A stretch of 32,000 nt of DNA from Candidatus Arthromitus sp. SFB-rat-Yit (GCF_000283555.1 NC_016012.1:90001-122000); one strand, 5' to 3'; numbered from the stretch's first letter, positions 10,757-21,091 are shown. Numbers and translations: made by a program. The notes: generated from the sequence alone by a model not told the origin.

Positions 10757-11620
10757 ATGGAAGTTATTATAGTTACAGGTCTTTCAGGGGCGGGGAAGAC
10801 TCAAGTTATTAGAGAGTTTGAGGATTTAAATTATTTTTGTATTGACAATATGCCACCACAATTTGTACAAAAATTTGGTGAGTTGTGTAAACAAACAAAT
10901 GGGAATGTTTCAAAACTTGCATTTGTTATAGATATACGTGGAAGGGAATTTTTTGATTATATAGATAATGTTTTAGAGTGGTTTGAAGAAAATTCTATAA
11001 ACTATAAGATATTATTTTTAGATTGCTCAGACGAAATATTGATCAGAAGATTTAAGGAAACTAGAAGACTACATCCATTATCTTACGATGGTAAAATTTT
11101 AAATGGAATATTAAAAGAGAGGAAAAAACTAGAGTTTCTTAGGAAAAAAGCTAATTTAATTATGGATACTTCGAATTTGAAAGTACAGGAATTAAAAAAG
11201 AAAGTAAGAGATTTTATATGTGGAAATTATATAGATAGCGATTTTATAGTTCAAATAATTTCTTTTGGATATAAATATGGAATACCTTTAGAGTGCGATT
11301 TAACATTTGATGTTAGATTTATAGATAATCCTTTTTATATTGAGGAATTAAAAAAATTAACAGGTCTTGATAAAGAGGTTAAGGAGTTTGTTCTTAAAAA
11401 TCCTGAATGTAGAGAATTTTTAGTAAAATTAGAAGATATTATAAAATTTTTATTACCCAATTATAAAAAAGAAGGTAAGAAACATTTGACAATTGGAATT
11501 GGGTGTACAGGAGGACAACATAGATCGGTTGCTGTATCAGAAGAGTTATATAATATTTTATATAACTATAGAAACTATAAAATAATTTTAGAGCATAAAG
11601 ATATTATTAAAAATGTATAA
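10757..11620 (+). CDS. rapZ: RNase adapter / nucleotide-binding protein RapZ (YvcJ)
   Basis: VTGLSGAGKTQVIREFEDLNYFCIDNMPP, IGIGCTGGQHRSVAVSE. Track start TTG 10742; ATG 10757 lies behind GGAGAGG. Confidence 0.95.
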   Translation: MEVIIVTGLSGAGKTQVIREFEDLNYFCIDNMPPQFVQKFGELCKQTNGNVSKLAFVIDIRGREFFDYIDNVLEWFEENSINYKILFLDCSDEILIRRFKETRRLHPLSYDGKILNGILKERKKLEFLRKKANLIMDTSNLKVQELKKKVRDFICGNYIDSDFIVQIISFGYKYGIPLECDLTFDVRFIDNPFYIEELKKLTGLDKEVKEFVLKNPECREFLVKLEDIIKFLLPNYKKEGKKHLTIGIGCTGGQHRSVAVSEELYNILYNYRNYKIILEHKDIIKNV

Positions 11621-11650
11621 TTAAAACATAAAATTAGGAGATTTATTAAG

Positions 11651-12643
11651 GTGGAGTTATTTGATAAATTTTGCAATAATCCAAAAGTTGTAGTTATAGG
11701 AGGAGGTACAGGTATTCCGACAATTCTAAAAGGAATAAAAAAGTTTACTAAAAATATTACATCGGTAGTTACTGTTGCAGATGATGGTGGAGGATCTGGA
11801 ATATTAAGAGATGAGTTGGGTATATTACCTCCTGGAGATATAAGAAATTGTTTGATAGCTCTTGCAAACACAGAACCTATAATGGAAGAACTCTTAAAAT
11901 ACAGATTTAGCGATGGGAATTTAAAGAACCAAAATTTTGGAAATTTATTTATAGCAGCTATGATAGGTATTACGAATAATTTTGAGAGTGCAGTGAAAGC
12001 TATGAGTGATGTTTTGGCTATAACAGGCAAGGTATTGCCTGTTACAAATGAGAACATAGTGCTTGAAGCTAAACTCCATAATGGAATTGTCGTAAGAGGA
12101 GAGTCAAAAATTCCTGAAGAAGTTATAAAGCACAATAGTCGAATTAAAGAGATATCTATAATACCTAGTGATGCAAAACCTATAGAAGATTGTATCGATG
12201 AGATATTGAATGCTGATGCAATTATTTTTGGACCAGGGAGTTTATATACAAGTATTTTACCTAATTTAAAGGTAAAAGAGATATGCGATTCCATAAATAA
12301 AAATAATGGGAAACATATTTATGTTTCAAATATTATGACGCAGCATGGTGAAACGGGAGGATATACATTATATGACCATGTTAAGAGTATATTTGATAAT
12401 ACAAATATTTTGAAACTAGATTATATTATTGTAAATAATGGTAAATTATCTAATGAATATGAAGATAGGTATAAAGTTAAAAATTCTGAGCTTGTATATT
12501 GTGATGATGAAAAATTTGAAGGTATGGATGTAAAAATAGTGAAGGATAATTTGATAAAGATAGAGAATGATTTTATAAGACACGATGAAGATAGGGTGTC
12601 TAGAATTATAATGAAGATTATTAATGATAATAATGAAATGTAA
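11651..12643 (+). CDS. yvcK: YvcK/CofD-like family gluconeogenesis/cell-shape factor
   Basis: VVVIGGGTGIPTILKGIKKFTKNITSVVTVADDGGGSGILRDELGILPPGDIRNCL; genomic position between rapZ and whiA. GTG start. Confidence 0.95.
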   Translation: MELFDKFCNNPKVVVIGGGTGIPTILKGIKKFTKNITSVVTVADDGGGSGILRDELGILPPGDIRNCLIALANTEPIMEELLKYRFSDGNLKNQNFGNLFIAAMIGITNNFESAVKAMSDVLAITGKVLPVTNENIVLEAKLHNGIVVRGESKIPEEVIKHNSRIKEISIIPSDAKPIEDCIDEILNADAIIFGPGSLYTSILPNLKVKEICDSINKNNGKHIYVSNIMTQHGETGGYTLYDHVKSIFDNTNILKLDYIIVNNGKLSNEYEDRYKVKNSELVYCDDEKFEGMDVKIVKDNLIKIENDFIRHDEDRVSRIIMKIINDNNEM

Positions 12644-12658
12644 TAAACAGGTGATAAT

Positions 12659-13561
12659 TTGACTTTTTCATCTATTGTTAAAACTGAAATACTCGAGAAT
12701 TGTTTTAAATCATATAAACAAGTAATTGGTGAAGTTATAGGTGTGATTTTAAGCACAAAATACGAGATGAAAGCTAATGAAATTATTTTTAGGATAGATA
12801 ATCATCTTGTATTTGATCATTTGCAAAATATATTTAATATGATGGGAGGATTCGGATATAATTTAAATATATATAGTTTGAGTTCTAATATATACAAATT
12901 CAGGGATTATTATATATGTAAGCTGTTGAATTATTTAGATAGTAGGGATTTTAAAAATAGGATTAATCTTATTATTAATAATAAAATAATTGATGAAGTT
13001 TATTTTATTAGAGGATTATTTGTAATGTGTGGGAGTATTACTAATCCAAATAATAGCTATCATTTAGAATTTTGTGTTTATAATAATGATCTATCGTATT
13101 TCTTGGATTCATTATTAAATTATTTTGGAATTAGAAGCAAGATAATAAGTAGGAAAGACAGGTTTATTATATATGTTAAAGAATCAGAGAGTATATCTCA
13201 GTTTTTAAAAGTAATAGGCACTCATAGATCTGTTTTGGAGTTTGAAGATATTAGAGTAGTTAAGGAATACATTAATAATAAAAATAGGATTAAGAATTGT
13301 ATTCAAGCAAATGAGGATAAATCTATAATAGCATCGGTAAGACAAGTTAGAGCTATTATGTATATTGATAAATATATTGGTTTGGATGGGTTGCCGGATA
13401 AACTTAGAGAAATCGCAAGGGTAAGATTGGAATATAAGGAAGTATCTCTTAGTGAACTTGGGAAATATTTGGATCCACCTATTGGGAAATCTGGAGTGCT
13501 ACATAGATTAAATAAGATAGAGGAAATTTCTAAAGAATTAGAAGATAAATATGGTGTTTGA
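12659..13561 (+). CDS. whiA: DNA-binding protein WhiA
   Basis: SSIVKTEILEN N-terminus and the highly characteristic C-terminus LPDKLREIARVRLEYKEVSLSELGKYLDPPIGKSGVLHRLNKI. TTG start with AGGTGAT upstream. Confidence 0.95.
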   Translation: MTFSSIVKTEILENCFKSYKQVIGEVIGVILSTKYEMKANEIIFRIDNHLVFDHLQNIFNMMGGFGYNLNIYSLSSNIYKFRDYYICKLLNYLDSRDFKNRINLIINNKIIDEVYFIRGLFVMCGSITNPNNSYHLEFCVYNNDLSYFLDSLLNYFGIRSKIISRKDRFIIYVKESESISQFLKVIGTHRSVLEFEDIRVVKEYINNKNRIKNCIQANEDKSIIASVRQVRAIMYIDKYIGLDGLPDKLREIARVRLEYKEVSLSELGKYLDPPIGKSGVLHRLNKIEEISKELEDKYGV

Positions 13562-13594
13562 ATTTTATTGTCAACTTGATTTTGGGGTGTAGTC

Positions 13595-14473
13595 ATGGAA
13601 AAATTTAATATTACAGAGATAAGTTATAAAAATTATAATAGGTGTTTGAGAATTACAAATAATTTAATAGAAGTTATTGTTTTTATAGAAGATACTATAC
13701 GGATTGTAAAGTATGGATATATAAATGGTAATAATCAATTTGAAGACGGTTTGATAGATAAGGATAGTAAAGAAATTATAGGTGGGCATAGTTTTAGTTA
13801 TGTTCCACAGATAGATAAAAATGTTGATTTTATAGATAATCAAGGTATAACATATGAAACAATAGTAAATGGTGTTAGATTTATTCAAAATATAGAGAAA
13901 TGGACTCAAATAAGAAGAGTGATTGAGATAATATTTGAGAAAAATTCTAGTAGAATTACTGTGATACATAAGATACTTTCTTTAAATGCATTTGATATAA
14001 ACATAGCTATATGTTCAAATACTATAGTAAGAAATGGGGGAATAGAAGTTATTCCATTTGGGCGTGGGAGTAATAGAGATGTTCCTAATAAATCTCTGAT
14101 TTTTTGGCCATACTCAAATCTTAAGGATTCTAGAGTATATCTTGGAGATAAGTATGTTGCTATGAAGGTTAATGAGAATATATACGACAGATTTAGAATG
14201 GGGATAAATACTGATTTAAAATATTTATTGTATTATAATAATAATGAAATGTTTATTAAAGAATTTAGTTTGATTGAGGGAGAGTATGAGTATCCAAATA
14301 TGGGTTGTAAGTATGAATCGCTGATTACACCTAATTATTTAGAGATGAAGGTTAATTCTCCAATATATAGTTTAAGCACGAATAATTATATAATCCATAC
14401 AGAAGTGTGGGATATTTACAGGGATATAAACTTAGATTTTATAGATAAATTTATAGATCAGTATAATAAATAA
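13595..14473 (+). CDS. Predicted beta-sandwich (aldose-epimerase/mutarotase-like, DUF4380-like) protein, 292 aa
   Basis: GGHSFSYVPQ and VPNKSLIFWPYSNLKDSRVYLGDKYVAMK resemble my recollection of DUF4380/mutarotase-like proteins; last gene before the strong terminator. Confidence 0.55.
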   Translation: MEKFNITEISYKNYNRCLRITNNLIEVIVFIEDTIRIVKYGYINGNNQFEDGLIDKDSKEIIGGHSFSYVPQIDKNVDFIDNQGITYETIVNGVRFIQNIEKWTQIRRVIEIIFEKNSSRITVIHKILSLNAFDINIAICSNTIVRNGGIEVIPFGRGSNRDVPNKSLIFWPYSNLKDSRVYLGDKYVAMKVNENIYDRFRMGINTDLKYLLYYNNNEMFIKEFSLIEGEYEYPNMGCKYESLITPNYLEMKVNSPIYSLSTNNYIIHTEVWDIYRDINLDFIDKFIDQYNK

Positions 14474-14478
14474 ATTTT

Positions 14479-14512
14479 AAACCCTTTATTTAGTTTTAAA
14501 TAAAGGGTTTTT
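14479..14512 (+). terminator. Rho-independent terminator after the uvrB…whiA-downstream block
   Basis: Perfect 14-bp stem AAACCCTTTATTTA / TAAATAAAGGGTTT (14479-14492 / 14497-14510), loop GTTT, then U residues. Confidence 0.93.
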
Positions 14513-14586
14513 CTGTATCAAAATTTAATTATGCCCATAACATAAAAACATCAATAAATTAAATTCTAATATATTAGGAGAAATAT

Positions 14587-16428
14587 ATGTGCGGAATAAC
14601 AGGATTTTCCAATTTTAATAAAGATATAACAAGTGAATTTAACAATATAGTGATGATGAATGATTCTTTGTATCATAGAGGACCAGATGAATATGATTAT
14701 TATAAACATAAAAATGTAGTTTTTGGACATAGGAGGTTATCTATAGTTGATCCTGATGGAGGCAAACAGCCAATGCAAAGGGTTGTTAATTTTCATAAGT
14801 ATACAATTGTATATAATGGAGAAATTTATAACACTAATGAAATTAGAGATGATTTAATTGATAAAGGGTACAGGTTTTCTACTTATTCTGATACGGAAGT
14901 TGTTTTGATAAATTATATACACTATAAAGAAAATTGTGTGAGTAGGTTAAATGGAATATTTGCATTTTGTATTTTTGATGAGGATGAGAAATGTTTATTT
15001 ATAGCTAGGGATCAGCTGGGGGTTAAACCTATTTTTTATAGTTTAAAAGGTGGATATTTGATTTTTGGATCCGAGATGAAGTCTTTATTAAAACATCCTA
15101 AGGTTAGTACTGATGTTTATCGTGAGGGTATACTTGATCTTTTAAGTTTAGGACCAAGCAGAAGTCCTGGAGAAGGTATATTTAGAGATATAAAAGAGGT
15201 TCCACCAGCACACTATTTATGTGTATATGAAGATAAAGTAATTCTTAAAGAATACTGGAATCTTGAATCAAAAGAGCATAACTTGACTCTTGAAGATACC
15301 AAAGAAAAATTATCTGTAATGCTTGAGAAGGTTATAAAGAATCAAATGGTATCAGATAGGGGTATTTTCTCTTTTTTGTCAGGAGGTATAGACTCATCTC
15401 TTATATCTGCTATAGTGTCTAAGGAGCTTAGAGAAAAAGGGGAGATTTTAGATACATTTACAGTAGATTATGTTGATTATGATAAGGATTTTAAAGGTAA
15501 TGAGTTTGAGGTTACAAGTGATAAATATTTTGTTAAACTCGCTAATGAATCTATAAAATCAAATAATAGAATCATTACAATTAAGAATGAAGATTTATTT
15601 TATGCACTTGAGAGGGGACTTTATGCAAGTGATATTCCTTCTATGGCTGATATTGATATTTCCTTATATTTGTTTTGTAATGTGATTAAAAATTATGGAA
15701 CTGTTGGATTGTCTGGTGAGTGTGCAGATGAAATATTTGGAGGATATCCTTGGTATTTAAATGATGAGGATTTAAAATTAAATAATTTCCCTTGGAATAG
15801 ATTCTCAAACATAAGAAAAGAACTTTTTAATGATAAGATTAAAAGTTTAGATTTTGATTCTCATGTTGAAAATAGAATAAATGAAACACTTAAAAGTGTT
15901 CAATTTTTAGATAGCGATAGTGAGTTTGATAAAAAAATAAGGAAAATGACTACACTAAATGTAAAATGGTTTATGGTAACTTTATTGAATCGAAAAGATA
16001 GGATGAGTATGGCAAATAGTTTAGAGATAAGAGTTCCTTTCGCAGATAGAGAGCTTGTTGAGTTTTCCTATAACATTCCAGCTAAATTTAAATTTTTAAA
16101 TGGGCGTGAAAAGGGGATATTAAGAGAGGCGAGCAGAAAATTTTTGCCATACTCTATAATTGATAGAAAGAAGAGTCCTTATCCTAAAACTCAGAGCAAC
16201 ATATATAGAGATCTTATTATGAAAGAATTATCGAGAATTTTAGATAATAAATCTAATCCTATTTTTGAAATTATAGATGAAAAAAGTGTAAGAAGGTTAA
16301 TTGAAAGTAAAGGAGATTCTTATACAAAACCTTGGTTTGGTCAACTTATGAGAGGTCCACAGCTCATGGCTTATTTAATACAAATCAATATGTGGCTTAA
16401 AAAATATAATATAAATTTATATATATAG
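14587..16428 (+). CDS. asnB: Asparagine synthase (glutamine-hydrolysing)
   Basis: MCGITGF catalytic Cys2 glutaminase N-terminus, HRRLSIVD, FLSGGIDSSLISAI PP-loop, SGECADEIFGGYPW. Confidence 0.96.
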   Translation: MCGITGFSNFNKDITSEFNNIVMMNDSLYHRGPDEYDYYKHKNVVFGHRRLSIVDPDGGKQPMQRVVNFHKYTIVYNGEIYNTNEIRDDLIDKGYRFSTYSDTEVVLINYIHYKENCVSRLNGIFAFCIFDEDEKCLFIARDQLGVKPIFYSLKGGYLIFGSEMKSLLKHPKVSTDVYREGILDLLSLGPSRSPGEGIFRDIKEVPPAHYLCVYEDKVILKEYWNLESKEHNLTLEDTKEKLSVMLEKVIKNQMVSDRGIFSFLSGGIDSSLISAIVSKELREKGEILDTFTVDYVDYDKDFKGNEFEVTSDKYFVKLANESIKSNNRIITIKNEDLFYALERGLYASDIPSMADIDISLYLFCNVIKNYGTVGLSGECADEIFGGYPWYLNDEDLKLNNFPWNRFSNIRKELFNDKIKSLDFDSHVENRINETLKSVQFLDSDSEFDKKIRKMTTLNVKWFMVTLLNRKDRMSMANSLEIRVPFADRELVEFSYNIPAKFKFLNGREKGILREASRKFLPYSIIDRKKSPYPKTQSNIYRDLIMKELSRILDNKSNPIFEIIDEKSVRRLIESKGDSYTKPWFGQLMRGPQLMAYLIQINMWLKKYNINLYI

Positions 16429-16434
16429 ATTTAT

Positions 16435-16470
16435 ACCCAAATGAATTATTATTTTCATTTGGGTTTTTTA
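16435..16470 (+). terminator. Rho-independent terminator of asnB
   Basis: 11-bp stem ACCCAAATGAA / TTCATTTGGGT (16435-16445 / 16454-16464) followed by TTTTT; begins 7 nt after the asnB stop. Confidence 0.92.
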
Positions 16471-16529
16471 ATTTTTATTAGATGTGGTAAAATTCAAGTA
16501 TATATTATTATTTAATAAGGAAATTTAAT

Positions 16530-19500
16530 ATGAATGATTTTGTTCATTTACATGTACATTCAGAATTTAGTTTATTGGATTCTTCGTGCAAGATTAGGAA
16601 TTTAGTTGAACGAGCGAAAGAACTTGACATGACGTCTATTGCTATAACAGATCATGGGGTTATGTATGGATGCTTAGAGTTTTATAAAGTGTGTAAAATG
16701 TATGGAATTAAACCAATAATTGGGTGTGAAATTTATGTTGCAAATAAATCTATGGATATAAAAAATCCTGATGTAGATAATTTTACTACTCATTTGGTTC
16801 TTCTTGTAAAAAATGAGATTGGATATAGAAATCTTTTGAAAATAGTTAGTGATTCTTTTATTCGTGGTTTTTATTATAAGCCGAGGGTTGATATTGAATA
16901 TTTGAGAAATAATTCAGATGGTTTAATTGCTCTTAGTGCTTGTTTAAGTGGGGGGGTTTCTAAATATATTTTAAAAAATGATATAAATGGTGCGAAAAAT
17001 TTAACACTTACATATAAAGAAATATTTAAGGATGATTTTTATTTAGAAATTCAAGATCATGGCATAGATGATCAAAAAAAAGTTAATAGTATGCTTTTAA
17101 AGTTTTCATCGGAACTTAATATAAAATATGTTGTGACAAATGATGTTCACTATATTAAAAAGGATGATGCAAGTGCTCATGATGTGCTCATTTGTATTCA
17201 AACGGGAAGCAATGTAGATGAAGAGAAAAGGATGAAATATCATGGAGATCAATTTTATTTAAAATCGAAAGAGGAGATGTATGATACATTCTTTAGTTAT
17301 AAAGAAGGGCTTTTAAACACTCTTGAAATACGTGATAAGTGTAATTTTGAGTATAAATTCAATGAAAATATACCTCCTAAATATATTATGGATAATTCTC
17401 TTGATCCATTTGAGTATTTAAAAAGATTGTGTTATTTTGGGCTTATAAATAAATATGATGAATTTTCAAATGAGAGTGAATTATTTAAAAGTGAAGATAT
17501 TTTAAATGATTATAAGTTCAAAGTTTTGAAAGAAGAAATTGATAAAAACATAAAATATGATAAGAAAAAATTATTAGATAGGGTTAATTATGAGCTTGAT
17601 TTGATAAATTCTATGGGATTTGTTGATTATTTTTTAATTGTATGGGATTTTATGAAATTTTGTATGGAAAAATCTATACCTACGGGACCTGGGAGAGGTA
17701 GTGTTGCTGGATCTATTGTTGCGTATGTTCTTAATATAACAAAAGTTGATCCTATAAAATATGGATTAATATTTGAGAGATTTTTAAATCCTGAGAGGAT
17801 TTCCATGCCTGATATAGACTCTGATTTTTGTAATGAGAGAAGAGAGGAGGTTATACGGTATGTGAGGGAGAAATATGGAGAAAATAACGTATCGAATATT
17901 ATAACTTTTGGTACGATGGCAGCAAAGGCTTGCATTAGGGATGTAGGAAGAGCTATGAACTATTCTTATTCTGAAGTTGATAAGATAGCTAAGATGGTTC
18001 CTAATATGCTAAATATAACCATAGATTTAGCGCTTCTTTATAATAAAGAGTTAAATGATTTATATAACGAAGATATTAGAGTTAAGAAATTAATTGATAT
18101 ATCAAAGAGGCTTGAAGGACTTCCAAGACATACGTCTATTCATGCTGCGGGTGTTATTATAAGTCCGTATAAACTTATGGATTTAATACCTGTGAAAAAA
18201 GATGGAGATATGCTTGTAACACAATTTCCTATGTCAAACCTTGAGGAACTTGGACTACTTAAAATGGACTTTTTAGGTCTTAGAACTCTAACTGTTATAA
18301 ATGATTGTATTAAGATTATTCATAAGAATAAAGGTACAAAGATAGATTTAGATAAAATTGATTTTGATGATCGAAATGTATTTAATATGATTGGAGAGGG
18401 AAAAACTTGTGGTGTTTTCCAGCTAGAATCATCAGGAATGACTAGCTTTATGAAGGATTTAAAACCAAGCTCTATTGAAGATATAATAGCAGGTATTAGT
18501 TTATATAGACCAGGACCTATGGATGAGATACCAAATTACATAAAAAATAAAAATAATATTAAAGGTATAAAATATTTAACAAAAGAACTTGAGGATATAT
18601 TAAACGTTACATATGGAGTTATCGTTTATCAGGAACAAGTAATGGAGATTGTTCAAAAATTATCAGGATATTCTTTAGGAAGAAGCGATATTGTACGTCG
18701 TGCTATGGCTAAAAAAAAGCACGAGGAGATGGAAAAAGAGAGAAAGAAATTTGTATATGGAAATAAAGATGGGGATGAAATAATAAATGGATGTATAAAT
18801 AATGGAATTGATGAGAAGGTCGCTCATAAAATTTTTGACCAAATGGTAGATTTTGCATCTTATGCATTTAATAAGAGTCATGCTGCGGCATATGCACTTA
18901 TTGCGTATGAAACTGCATATTTAATGAGGTATTATAAATCTGAGTATATATGTGCGCTCCTAAATAGTGTTATAAATAATATGGACAAGGTTTGTTATTA
19001 CATAAAATTTGGAGAAGGAATGAATATAAAGATTTTTCCTCCTTGTGTAAATAATAGTCATAATAAATTTATAGTTGATGGGGAAGATATATATTTTGGA
19101 TTATCAGCTATTAAAAATTTAGGTGAAGGTGCATGTGAAAAAATTGTTTATTATAGAGAAAAATATGGAAAGTTTAAAGATGAGTATGATTTTTTAAAAG
19201 CTTGTGTGAAATGTTCAATTAATAAAAGAGGGATAGAGAGTATTATAAAATCAGGAGCTTTAGATGTCTTTAATGTTTCAAGATCTCACCTTCTTATGAA
19301 TTTTGAAAAAATAATAGATGGAATGCAAAAAGAATTTCGGGAAAATTTAGAAGGTCAAATGGATTTATTTAGTTTGATAGAAGATGAAGAAAATAAATTA
19401 TTTAAATTCAATAATTTAAATAACTGCGATATTTCTTATGATGATAGTGAAAAGAATCTTTTATTTGAAAAAGAGGTTTTAGGTATATACATTTCGGGAC

Positions 19501-20078
19501 ATCCTATACACAAGCACAAAGAAATCTTACATAAGGTTTGTACGAATTCTATTTCTGATTTTTATGATGACAATATGGAGATTAATGATGGGGATGAAGT
19601 TATAATAGGAGGATTAGTAAGAGAATTTAAGAAAATTATAACTAAAAATAATTCTATAATGTGTTTTTTATATATTGAAGATAAGTATTCTTCGATAGAA
19701 TGTGTTGTGTTTCCGAAGATATATGGGAAACGTAGTTATTTAATAAATGATAATAATATTGTTATAATAAAAGGTGTATTCAAAAAAAATGGAGATGCAT
19801 TTAATGTTATAGTAAATGAAATAATAGGGATTGAAGAGTACGATAGATTTAAACTTTATATTCTGTGCGATGGTTTAAAAGAGGTAACACATTCTTTTAA
19901 CAAGGCTAAGGATATTTTAATTGGTAATAAGGGACATGTTGATGTTAATTTGTACTCTTTAGATAGAAAGAAAGTTTTTAGGGTAAATGATTATAGTGTT
20001 AATTTAAGTAATAGTCTTATTTGTGAATTGAACAAAGCTTTTTCACAGAAATTTGTGAAGGTGATTATTACTAAATAA
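16530..20078 (+). CDS. dnaE: DNA polymerase III subunit alpha, DnaE type
   Basis: PHP domain start FVHLHVHSEFSLLD, ITDHGVMYG, PGRGSVAGSIVAYVLNIT, SMPDIDSDFCNERREEVIRYV, FNKSHAAAYALIAYETAYL. Confidence 0.97.
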   Translation: MNDFVHLHVHSEFSLLDSSCKIRNLVERAKELDMTSIAITDHGVMYGCLEFYKVCKMYGIKPIIGCEIYVANKSMDIKNPDVDNFTTHLVLLVKNEIGYRNLLKIVSDSFIRGFYYKPRVDIEYLRNNSDGLIALSACLSGGVSKYILKNDINGAKNLTLTYKEIFKDDFYLEIQDHGIDDQKKVNSMLLKFSSELNIKYVVTNDVHYIKKDDASAHDVLICIQTGSNVDEEKRMKYHGDQFYLKSKEEMYDTFFSYKEGLLNTLEIRDKCNFEYKFNENIPPKYIMDNSLDPFEYLKRLCYFGLINKYDEFSNESELFKSEDILNDYKFKVLKEEIDKNIKYDKKKLLDRVNYELDLINSMGFVDYFLIVWDFMKFCMEKSIPTGPGRGSVAGSIVAYVLNITKVDPIKYGLIFERFLNPERISMPDIDSDFCNERREEVIRYVREKYGENNVSNIITFGTMAAKACIRDVGRAMNYSYSEVDKIAKMVPNMLNITIDLALLYNKELNDLYNEDIRVKKLIDISKRLEGLPRHTSIHAAGVIISPYKLMDLIPVKKDGDMLVTQFPMSNLEELGLLKMDFLGLRTLTVINDCIKIIHKNKGTKIDLDKIDFDDRNVFNMIGEGKTCGVFQLESSGMTSFMKDLKPSSIEDIIAGISLYRPGPMDEIPNYIKNKNNIKGIKYLTKELEDILNVTYGVIVYQEQVMEIVQKLSGYSLGRSDIVRRAMAKKKHEEMEKERKKFVYGNKDGDEIINGCINNGIDEKVAHKIFDQMVDFASYAFNKSHAAAYALIAYETAYLMRYYKSEYICALLNSVINNMDKVCYYIKFGEGMNIKIFPPCVNNSHNKFIVDGEDIYFGLSAIKNLGEGACEKIVYYREKYGKFKDEYDFLKACVKCSINKRGIESIIKSGALDVFNVSRSHLLMNFEKIIDGMQKEFRENLEGQMDLFSLIEDEENKLFKFNNLNNCDISYDDSEKNLLFEKEVLGIYISGHPIHKHKEILHKVCTNSISDFYDDNMEINDGDEVIIGGLVREFKKIITKNNSIMCFLYIEDKYSSIECVVFPKIYGKRSYLINDNNIVIIKGVFKKNGDAFNVIVNEIIGIEEYDRFKLYILCDGLKEVTHSFNKAKDILIGNKGHVDVNLYSLDRKKVFRVNDYSVNLSNSLICELNKAFSQKFVKVIITK

Positions 20079-20103
20079 ATGTTTATATATTGGAGGTTTA
20101 ATT

Positions 20104-21066
20104 ATGATAAAAAAGATAGCGATATTAACAAGTGGTGGAGATGCTCCTGGAATGAACGCAGCTGTAAGATCAGTTGTGAGATATGCATTGAGTAGAGGTA
20201 TAGAGGTTCTTGGTATACATAGAGGATACCATGGACTTTTACATGGTGAGATAGAATCTCTAACTAGAAAATCTGTTTCTGATATTATAGATAGGGGAGG
20301 AACTTTTTTAAAGACCGCAAGATGTCTTGAATTTAAGCAAGAAGAGGTTAGAGCTCAGGCATATGAAATATTAAAAAGTCATAATGTTGATGGACTTGTG
20401 GTTGTAGGTGGTGATGGATCATTTACAGGAGCACATTTATTATCAAAATTTGGTATGTCCACAGTAGGTATACCAGGGACTATAGATAATGATCTTCCTT
20501 ATACAGATTATACAATTGGATTTGATACAGCGCTCAATACTATATTAGATGCTGTCAGAAAATTAAGGGATACATCCAGTTCTCATGAAAGAGTTAGTAT
20601 TGTTGAAGTTATGGGAAGAAATTGTGGAGATTTAGCATTATATTCTGCTCTTGCAGGTGGTGCTGAGGCTGTAATTGTACCAGAATATCCGTTTAATCGT
20701 GAAGAATTATGCAATGTCATAGTGGAATCTAAGAAAAATAAAAAGCTTCATAGTTTAATAATTTTAGCAGAAGGAGCAGGCGAGGCTGAGGAACTTAGAA
20801 GGTATATACAACAAAAAATAGGACTTGATACTAGAGCTACAGTTCTTGGGCATATACAACGTGGAGGTATACCAACTGGTCGTGATAGAGTTTTAGCATC
20901 TGTAATGGGTAGAAAAGCTGTAGATACTCTTTTGAATAATGGAATTTGTGCAAAAGTTATAGGCGTTAGAGAAAATGAAGTATTTGATATGGATATAGAA
21001 GAAGCTTTAAAAGTTGAGAAAAAATTCAATAAAGATTTATATGATCTTGTTAATAAATTAGCTTAA
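20104..21066 (+). CDS. pfkA: ATP-dependent 6-phosphofructokinase
   Basis: IAILTSGGDAPGMNAAVRSVVR, GGDGSFTGA, GTIDNDLPYTDYTIGFDTA, EVMGRNCGDLAL. Confidence 0.97.
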   Translation: MIKKIAILTSGGDAPGMNAAVRSVVRYALSRGIEVLGIHRGYHGLLHGEIESLTRKSVSDIIDRGGTFLKTARCLEFKQEEVRAQAYEILKSHNVDGLVVVGGDGSFTGAHLLSKFGMSTVGIPGTIDNDLPYTDYTIGFDTALNTILDAVRKLRDTSSSHERVSIVEVMGRNCGDLALYSALAGGAEAVIVPEYPFNREELCNVIVESKKNKKLHSLIILAEGAGEAEELRRYIQQKIGLDTRATVLGHIQRGGIPTGRDRVLASVMGRKAVDTLLNNGICAKVIGVRENEVFDMDIEEALKVEKKFNKDLYDLVNKLA

Positions 21067-21091
21067 TTTAAAATTTGTGAGGTGTATTTCA

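Noticed and set aside
11575-12756. Long minus-strand ORFs (239 and 111 aa) over yvcK/whiA
   Set aside because: Length is notable, but the opposite strand encodes unmistakable YvcK and WhiA; the predicted peptides look like reverse-complement artefacts (Ser/Ile/Pro-rich).
13303-13969. Minus-strand ORFs of 97 and 101 aa over whiA and the mutarotase-like gene
   Set aside because: No RBS or recognisable product; opposite to well-formed genes.
17627-18881. Minus-strand ORFs in dnaE
   Set aside because: Shadow ORFs across conserved polymerase motifs.
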